Below, one piece after another: positions 56,406 through 64,000 of a stretch of DNA of 64,000 nt (position 1 is its first letter; every line of letters starts with the position of its first letter). The stretch is from the NCBI GenBank assembly GCA_013239625.1, contig MU055574.1, forward strand, positions 16,733,716-16,797,715, given 5' to 3'. A program made the translations under genes and the position numbers. The notes beneath the pieces are model-generated. The model saw only the letters and a list, made by a program, of their open reading frames with translations, was not told the origin of the DNA and searched no databases. The DNA is from Lama guanicoe. Taxonomy: Eukaryota.

Positions 56406-59400
56406 AATCAGTGCTTTACAAAGTATGCAAATTTAAACTTAAAAATTGAGAGATTTTAAGCTTTTCTGTGCAAATGAACTCAATCCTCAACCTGCTCTTG
56501 ATACCAAGATAAAATGTATGTTGGAAGCATTAATATAGAATTTTGTACTACTTCAAATGACTCCTCGCTCAACCCACAGCTTGAAGCAGAGCTCATCCCC
56601 ATGCTGTGACTACCATCACTACTTTCTCAAAAAAAAGAAAAATCGTGTCAAATAGGGGAAGACAAACGTTCTCCTCTCAGGTCAGTTTCTTGTTTTTTGG
56701 CCTTGGGATTGATACCTCCTTGAGATTTTAACTCAATTCCTCTTACAGTCGCTGTTCCTAAGAACACGGGATCTCTTCTCTGAGAACCAGCTGTCTGGCC
56801 TCTGAAAGCAGCTTCTGGCTGCGGCCCAGGCAGAGCATCTCCCTCCTGCAGCCAGGAGCTGCCTGGTGTCTCTGGGCGCTGCTGGCAGCCACCTGGGTGT
56901 GTCGGGCTCTAGGAAGGACTTGTTGCCTCTGTCCTCGCTTCCTGGTTAAGTAAGGAGGTGGCAGCCAGCAGGACAGGGACCATGGCGTCAGCTCGGTGAA
57001 CCAACCTTGTAGCTGGCTGCTGAGCACAGTGAGGATTCCCGGGGAGTAAGCGGTGGTGGGAGACTGGCCGGGACACCACCACATGCCCAGGCCCCCTTCC
57101 TGGCCCCCCCAGAATCACCCATTCCCTGAAAGACCTAGGTAAAAAGATGGCAGAGTCCACACTCCTGCTCCGTAACTGCTGAACTGGCTTTGGAAGTGAT
57201 GTCTGTGTAAACTTTGAATTCGCAGTATGAGCCAGGTGGGCGAAGCGACCTTAACTTCAGCATCCCCTAATGTTTCTGTTGCTGAGCGGACACCCAGGAT
57301 GTGGCTTGAACACAGGGTTTGGCCTTCAGCTGTGAGGGGTTTGGGGCTGCCAGTTGCCTGGCTGGCTGCGATGCTCATGGGGTCTGTGCCGAGGCAGCGC
57401 CCAAGAAGACCCTGAGTTACTGGGCGTCTCCTGCCCGAAGCCCCGAGGGTCCCTGGTTGTCTGTGGGGAACTGTCAGGTGAGCAGGAGCAGGGCCAGTCA
57501 CCTTCTGGGACAGCCTGCCTAGAGTGTCGTCACTGTTCAAAAATGTTCGTTTTTAAAAAGAGAAAGACGCCTGAGGCTGGTCGTGTGTGGACCCTGATCT
57601 AGGACCTGGCACACTGTGGCCTCCAGTGCTTGGCGCCCATCCTGCCAGGGAAGAAAGAAATGGAATGAGTCGGTCCACACAGCAGCTGAGGCTGTGACTC
57701 GGGACGTTTCATGTCTGCTGACCTGATGGCTGGGTGGCGGCGCCTGTTGGCCACATTCGATGTTAGCTGCTTCGGATTGCTAGACCTCACCTCAGATTCC
57801 ACAAGGAACGAGAGGAGAAAGACAGAAGAGTGTGTTTACCCATGATAACTAGGTGTCTTGACTTGAATTTATCATTTTGTAATTTTTCATCACTTACAGT
57901 CTCATTGGCCAAAGACCCTTCTGGAGCGCGTCTGCACTTCTGTCCGGCAGCAGCTGAGCATGGGGCGGGGTGGGAAGCACCTGCTGATGGTTACCTGATG
58001 GGGTCCGGTGCCCCACACGTGTCCCGTGCACAGGTCCCCGCGGAGGCTCTCCCCAGGCGGGGAGGGGAAGGATGCATTTACTCACTTCAGCAGCTGGTGC
58101 CCAGGACGTGGGCAGCGTGTGAGTGGGGCCCTGCATAGGCATCTGGCACCCAGGACAGGGTGTCAGCATGCTGCCTGTTTAAAGCAGGCTTGTAAATAAG
58201 CATTCGAGTTTCCCGGCCTGCACCTCTTTTTTTTTTAGCCAGTCTGCTATTCTTCCCGAACCTACTTTGTGCTCACTTCTCCTCTAGAAAGAACACCTAG
58301 GGCGCGCTACCTTTTACAGGCGGGACTGCAGGTCCTGTTGCAGTCTGAGGCTCCTGGAGCCGGGGTCTGCCGCTGCAGATGCTGTCGCGCTGGGCTCCCT
58401 CATGCTTTGGCGCCTCCAAACCAGCGTGGGTGCATTGCTGATGGGGTCGGAAAGGGGGTCAGCCACCCTACAGACTCCGCTGATGCCCAAGTGCCGCTCA
58501 GCGTCTTGAAACTTGGTGGCGGAACTGCTCCGTCTCCCCATCTTGGCAGAGCTGCCTTCCCCTCCCGGATCCCTGCGCCGGCCTCAGTGGGAGCCGGATC
58601 CTGTGACCCATCCTGTCCAAGGCGTGCCTCAGAGAGGACCCACGCCGCACCCAGAGGCGCCCTGAAGTTGGCGTCATGGAAGGTGGCCACCGAGCCTCAC
58701 TGACTCACAGTGAATCCTTCCATCCTGGGGTGGGCAGGGTTTTGAGAAGAAGGGTATCAGGTGTCCTGTTAGCAGGTAAAACTTTGCCTTTTGGAAGAAG
58801 TAAAAGGTGGTTCTGGGAGTTTTCAGCATGCAAGTTCCAAAGTTTTGTGAATACATTGAAGAGATGACTCAGAACTCACTTCGCACCCGCTTTTGACACA
58901 GCCGTGTTATTTTCTCCAGCATCCATCTGGCACCTCCGGGCTCCAGAGCTCCCTGTGCCCATGCTGTGTCTGGGATCTTCAGGGGACTTGAGGTCACCTT
59001 CATCTTTGTATCCTCAGAACTTAGCGCATACCTGACACGGAGCAGGTGCTGTGGAAATCTTCATTGTGATTGGGTGTCAGATAGCCTGTGCTTAGTACAA
59101 CTCTTTGAAAAAAAAACCGGAGCTTTTGCTTTGCAAGGTGAATGCAGCAATAATGCAGACTCGGTTCCGTTACCTAAGTGATGGACTTTTACATTGCATG
59201 GCGTCTGCGACGTTGCTCTTTCCTGATTTTCTTGTTCTTCTCTGACTGTGACTTATCTCTAAAGAGGGAGGGGCCTCCTTCCCTGCACTCTGTGCCTTGG
59301 CGATTCCAGGTTCTCTCCTTGGTCTTCTTTGTGTCCCACTCGGCACATTCCCCCTGGTGGTGGGGAAGGGGCACCATCCATCCCCGTGGCTTCACTGCCA

Positions 59401-59699
59401 GGTGCAGGAGGATGGCTCTAAACGCACACCCTGTGCAGACCTTCCCTGCACTCCCCGACTCTCAGGTGGCATCTCAAGACTTGGCTTCGCCAAAGCTAAG
59501 CTCGTGACTGTCACTCCCACCCCATCCTGTTCCCATGCACGCAGTCACCTTGAGACGTAGAAGCCAGTCTGCCTTCCTACCTCCCTTGTTTGTATCTCCT
59601 TGTGTGTGAAACAGGCAGCGAAGAGGAGCCCTGTGGAATCTGGGCTGTGCTGGTTCTACTCTGCATTCGTTTGAGTCCTTCCACCTCATAGCCTAAGTG

Positions 59700-60225
59700 T
59701 TGCTGTGACTTTCTGGCCTGCTTTTCTGCCAAAATCCTACCCACTGTCGGTCCCTCCATCCTAGGGTGACCTCACACCCCTCCCACCCCCGCCCCGTGTG
59801 GCAGCCACACTCAACACGTGCCCAGGTCGTGCTGGGCTCTCCGTGGGATTTGCCTTTACTTAGCTGCCTCCTGTTCATGGAATCCCGTCTCCCCACTGCC
59901 CACCCTGCCTGGTCATCTTCAGCCTTAAAGACAAGGGGCCCTCACTCAGATTGAAAGGCTTTTCTCCAGTGTCTCCTTTGCTCTGAAGGCTTTTAGGGCC
60001 CCAGGGAGAATTCACTTCCCTCCTTTCCCTGAGCGGACCCCTCTCACGTCGTCTGTGACGCCTTGTTGTGCTCCTGCGTCTGTCTCCCCTTTCCTCGGCA
60101 GTCACGTCATCTGGGCTAGAAGCACCTCCTGAGAGTAGGAACCACCTCTGTATTCCCAGCACCTAGCACAGTGCCTGGAAAAGAGCCAGTTCTCAAGAAG
60201 TGCATGTTAAATGGACGGATGGAGA
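59700..60225 (+). mobile_element. L2 LINE 3' relic
   Basis: Ends CTAGAAGCACCTCCTGAGAGTAGGAACC...TGTATTCCCAGCACCTAGCACAGTGCCTGG...GTTAAATGGACGGATGG (L2 terminus). Confidence 0.6.
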
Positions 60226-61358
60226 GATGTGTTTATGCTGAACACAGTAGGATGTGGACTGTTTTGTGAATTCTGTTGGTTGGCCTTTTTAAGCAAAGGT
60301 GCACCCGGCAGCCTAAGGAGGCAGTGATGGGGAACAGTGGGAGGAGGGGGTCACTTTTGGTTTAGAGTCTAATCTCGCTTCCCATGTGGTCAGCCTGTTG
60401 GTGAGCAGACTGCCTCCATGGCGTGGTGTTAGGAGCCCGGAGAGCTGAGTTCTGTATCCCCGCCTGTCGTTGCTTCCTGAAATTTGCCCGGGGACGGCTC
60501 ATGCTTTTGTGATCAGCACGGCTTAATCGGGGCTAACTTACTCTACAACCAGCAACAATGAAGTATGACTTAGACAATGTGGTCCTTTTCTAGGTGGGGT
60601 TAGGGTGTTGGAACAAGCAAAAGGAAGACGAAATTGGCACTCCAGAGTCCTGTAGGCCATCAAGACGTTTTCTTTAGCTCCCCTCTTGCCTTAAAAGCAA
60701 GTGCTTGTGTAGCGATTGGTGTTATCAGCCTGGACCAGCATTTCTGTTCCATCAACCTCCTAGGGCTCCCATAGCTTCCAAAGGTTTCCCAGAGCCCACT
60801 GTCCCTGCCTCCGCGATGCTGGGTGGTTTGTCAATGTCCATGCCTTTTCAGCCTCCATCAACTCAGACAGGTATGAGCTCAATGACTTCTTCTTGTAGCT
60901 GACTGGGATCAGAAACCATATGGTTTCACTTAGTTGAGGGGATAATGTACCAAGTACAAAAATTAGAATGAAAACTTGTATAGTATTGTGATAGAGGCTG
61001 TTCTTTCCATCTTTCTTGAATTTGTGGATTTGAGCACCACATTCAAAGAACTGTGGAAGATGACATATGTGTATAAATGTAGGTTGCAGAACCACACACT
61101 CTCCTTAACTTCTGTATTCTTAACTCTTACTCTGGAAGCTAACAAAGTTTTGCTGTTCCCCTTGGGACTTTCAATTTAGGGTGAAATTGTGGTGATGTTG
61201 GAAAAAGAACTATCCTTGCAAATGAGCAGGTTGTGGGTTGTAATAAGAATCTGTGATATTACATCATTGGTTTTCTCAGATGCACCTGGTGATTTTGCCC
61301 TCCCTTAGCCAAAAATAAAGGGAGGGCAGTGCCAATACTGCATAATAGCGTATTCGGC

Positions 61359-62218
61359 ATGCTCAACATCGCTAATTATTAGAAAAATGCAAGTCGAAAC
61401 TACAATGAGGTATCACTTTGCACCAGTCAGAATGGCCATCATTAAAAAGTCCACAAATGCTAAATGCTGGAAAGGGTGTGGAGAAAAGGGAACCCTCCTA
61501 TACTGTTGGTGGGAATGTAGTTTGGTGCTTATGGAAAACAGTATGGAGATTCCTTAAAAAACTGAAAACAGACTTTCCATATGATCAGCAATCCCACTCC
61601 TGGGCATATATCCAGAGGGAGCTCTAATTCAAAAAGATACCTGCACCCAATGTTCACAGCAGCACTAAATGCAATAGCCAAGACATGGAGACAGCCTAAA
61701 TGTCCGTCAGCGGATGACTGGATAAAGAAGCTGTGGTATTTATACGATGGAATACTACCCAGCCATAAAAAGAAAAATAATGTCATTTGCAGCAACATGG
61801 ACGGACCTGGAGATTGTCACACTAAGTGAAGTAAGCCCGAAAGAGAAAGACAGGTATCACCTAGTATCACTTACATGTGCAATCTAAAGAAATGAGACAA
61901 ACTTATTTACAAACAGAAACTATTATTTACAAATAGAAAACAAACTTATGGTTATCAAAGGGAACAGGGGTGGGGAAGGGATAAATTAGAAATTTGGGAT
62001 TAGTAAATACAAATTACTACATATAAAATAGATAAACAAAAAGGCCCTACTGTGTAGCACAGGGAACAATATTCAGTATTTTGTAATAACCTATAATGAA
62101 AAATAACATGAAAAAGAATATATATATATATATATATATACCTAAATTGCTTTGCTGTATACCAGAAGCTAACACAGCATTATAAATCAACTATATTTTT
62201 GAATGAATAAATTTAAAA
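61359..62218 (+). mobile_element. 5'-truncated LINE-1 (ORF2 C-terminus + 3'UTR), artiodactyl-type, non-functional
   Basis: Frameshifted ORF2 tail peptides ([37 protein letters not shown]...IAKTWRQPKCPS.DDWIKKLWY), 3'UTR, AATAAA at 62206-62211, short TSD AATAGCGT (61344-61351 / 62219-62226). Confidence 0.92.
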
Positions 62219-62522
62219 AATAGCGTTCTTAGTTAAGTTTACACAGTAATGACAAGGGTGGCCAGGCATTTAAATCATTGTTTCGATTGGTCATTGGCCT
62301 CCTTTGACCAAACAGGCAGATGTTGTGTCTTTAATTAGCCAGAGCCCAGATGTGTTTCAGAAGACCAGCCGTGCGCGTGGTAACTCCCGGGTCACTGAGG
62401 AGCCTGATGTCCGCGTTCTGGGTTGTTGAAGTTTTTCTTTCTCCGTCTGGGCCTTTACACCAGTCGTCACTATTCTCTGCAAATGGCCAGCCTCACCTAT
62501 GCTTTTGTCACTTTCCACGCAG

Positions 62523-62626
62523 ATCTCAGCAATGTCCCTGACATCACAACTGGCCTGAAAAGGAGTCAGACAGATGGCACGCTGGACCAGGTTTCCCACA
62601 GGCAGAAGAAGGAGCAGACATTCCGG
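62523..62626 (+). CDS. TIAM2: TIAM2 coding exon (104 nt, phase 1 to 0); linker before DH domain; gene continues past window
   Basis: TTTCCACGCAG|AT; DLSNVPDITTGLKRSQTDGTLDQVSHRQKKEQTFR; donor CGG|GTAAGA. Confidence 0.95.
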
Positions 62627-63019
62627 GTAAGATGCTGTCTCAGACCTCAAATGAGGACCTGGCGGGCGAGTGTTAGTTCCTGCCTTCCCCGAGGTGGGGG
62701 AAAAGATGGAGTTCTCCTCTCCGTCTGTCCAGCCGTCGATGCAAACTGTTTTTTCTTTTTAAATCCCTTAAAGAAAACTGTTTCCTTCTTTATTTGAAGT
62801 GAAGTACTAATGGGAACCCTTGATTCTAGCCGGACTTCCCCCATGGTTCCTCTCAGGCCACCCAAAGGCCGTACAAACACGGCCATTTGTACGTTAGGAT
62901 GGTTTGACAAGGGAGATCTAAGCTCAGGTGTTCCAGCAGCCACATAAAATTATTATTCTATTTCTTTACTACTTTTGGGGTTTTTTTCCCCAAAGCTAAA
63001 TTACTTTGGGAAGTTGTCA

Positions 63020-63700
63020 TTTTGTTGTGGTAAAATATATAAAACATAAAATATGCCATTTTAACCATTTTTAAGTGTATACTTCATCACATTAATTGCA
63101 TCCACAATATTTTGCAAACCATTACCATGGTCCATTTTGCAAACTTTTTCATCCTGCCAAACAGAAGCTCTGTACCCATTAGACAGTAACTACCCACTCA
63201 TCCCACCCGCTGGTCCCCTGGTAACCTCTACCAGACCTGTCTCATTTGCCTACTCCAGCTACCTTATGTAAGTGGGATCGTATAATGCTCGTCCTTTTGT
63301 TTCTGCATAACGTTTTCAAGGTTCATCCAGCGTGTATAAAAAACTCACTCCTTTTATGGCTGAGTGATACTCCACTATGTGCATACTACATTTTGTTTGT
63401 CCATCCATCTATTGATAGACACTCGCGTTGTTTCCGCCATTTGGCTGTTGTGAGTAACGTGGCAGTGACGTTGGCATACAGAAATCTGTTTAAAACCTTG
63501 TTTTCACTTCTTTTGGGCGTGCAGCTCGGAGTGGAATTGCTAGGTCGTATGGTAATTCCATGATTAGCTTTTTTGCGGAGCAGCCCAGCTGCTTGGCACA
63601 GACAGCGCTGCCCCATTTTACATTCCTACCAGCAACGGACGAGGGTTCCAGTTTCTCCACATCCTCACCAACGCTTGTTACGGTCCCTCCCTTTACATTT
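63020..63700 (-). mobile_element. LINE-1 3' fragment (L1MB-like)
   Basis: TTGTGGTAAAATATATAAAACATAAAATATGCCATTTTAACCATTTTTAAGTGTA...GTGGAATTGCTAGGTCGTATGGTAATTC...CCATTTTACATTCCTACCAGCA...TTTCTCCACATCCTCACCAAC. Confidence 0.88.
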
Positions 63701-64000
63701 TTCACTGTTCTCAGTCAGCTGTCCTTTCAGAAATGGTCTGATGGACATGATCTTTTTAAGTACACAATCCAGTTTTAACTGACTTTGAAATGATAACACT
63801 TGTATATTTCTTGCTTTTGTCAGAAGTACAAAACAAGAATGGAGGAGATACAAACTATGGCAGGTGTTCAAATAAAACTTATCGCAGGGACCACACCAAG
63901 GTTAGGTTTAGACTAAGACCCCGGGGGGCCAGTCCCTTGGTGAGTGGCCACGTGGCACACCCTTCGGTGACTGGTGGTGCTCACTGGGAGTTGGGCGGGT

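Noticed and set aside
61418-61829. Reverse-transcriptase element ORFs
   Set aside because: Frameshifted C-terminal scraps of L1 ORF2 in a 5'-truncated copy; cannot encode an active protein.
62523-64000. Start of the short TIAM2S isoform
   Set aside because: By my count its initiating Met lies in the next exon, beyond the window, and no promoter can be supported in this stretch, which is mostly L1.

Overview
This window is eukaryotic (mammalian) genomic DNA. Eight copies of a short tRNA-derived SINE match my recollection of the camelid Vic-1 family, so the source is most likely a camel, alpaca or llama. It contains the 5' two-thirds of TIAM2 (STEF, a Rac1 guanine-nucleotide exchange factor) on the + strand: a 111-nt 5'UTR exon with an upstream ORF, 12 core coding exons (myristoylated N-terminus, PH-CC-Ex, RBD, PDZ) and a 72-nt cassette exon. 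The catalytic DH-PH exons lie beyond the window. The rest is intron filled with SINE, L1, L2, MIR, MaLR/ERVL LTR and DNA-transposon relics, plus one 144-nt N gap. There is no prokaryotic system, CRISPR array or real tRNA/rRNA gene. Main observations: (1) a frameshifting loss of about 30 codons in the extremely GC-rich first coding exon, probably an assembly collapse; (2) an unusual splicing architecture in a run of frame-preserving phase-0 exons, with two GC-AG introns and exons that begin with 5'-splice-site sequences, most strikingly the exon carrying the PKA-consensus sites (a re-splicing hypothesis); (3) a candidate in-frame 36-nt microexon; (4) a fold-back/template-switch footprint at an L1 5' junction. 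Comparisons with human/mouse TIAM2 and repeat consensus sequences are from memory and need database confirmation. Repeat boundaries without target-site duplications (TSDs) are approximate.
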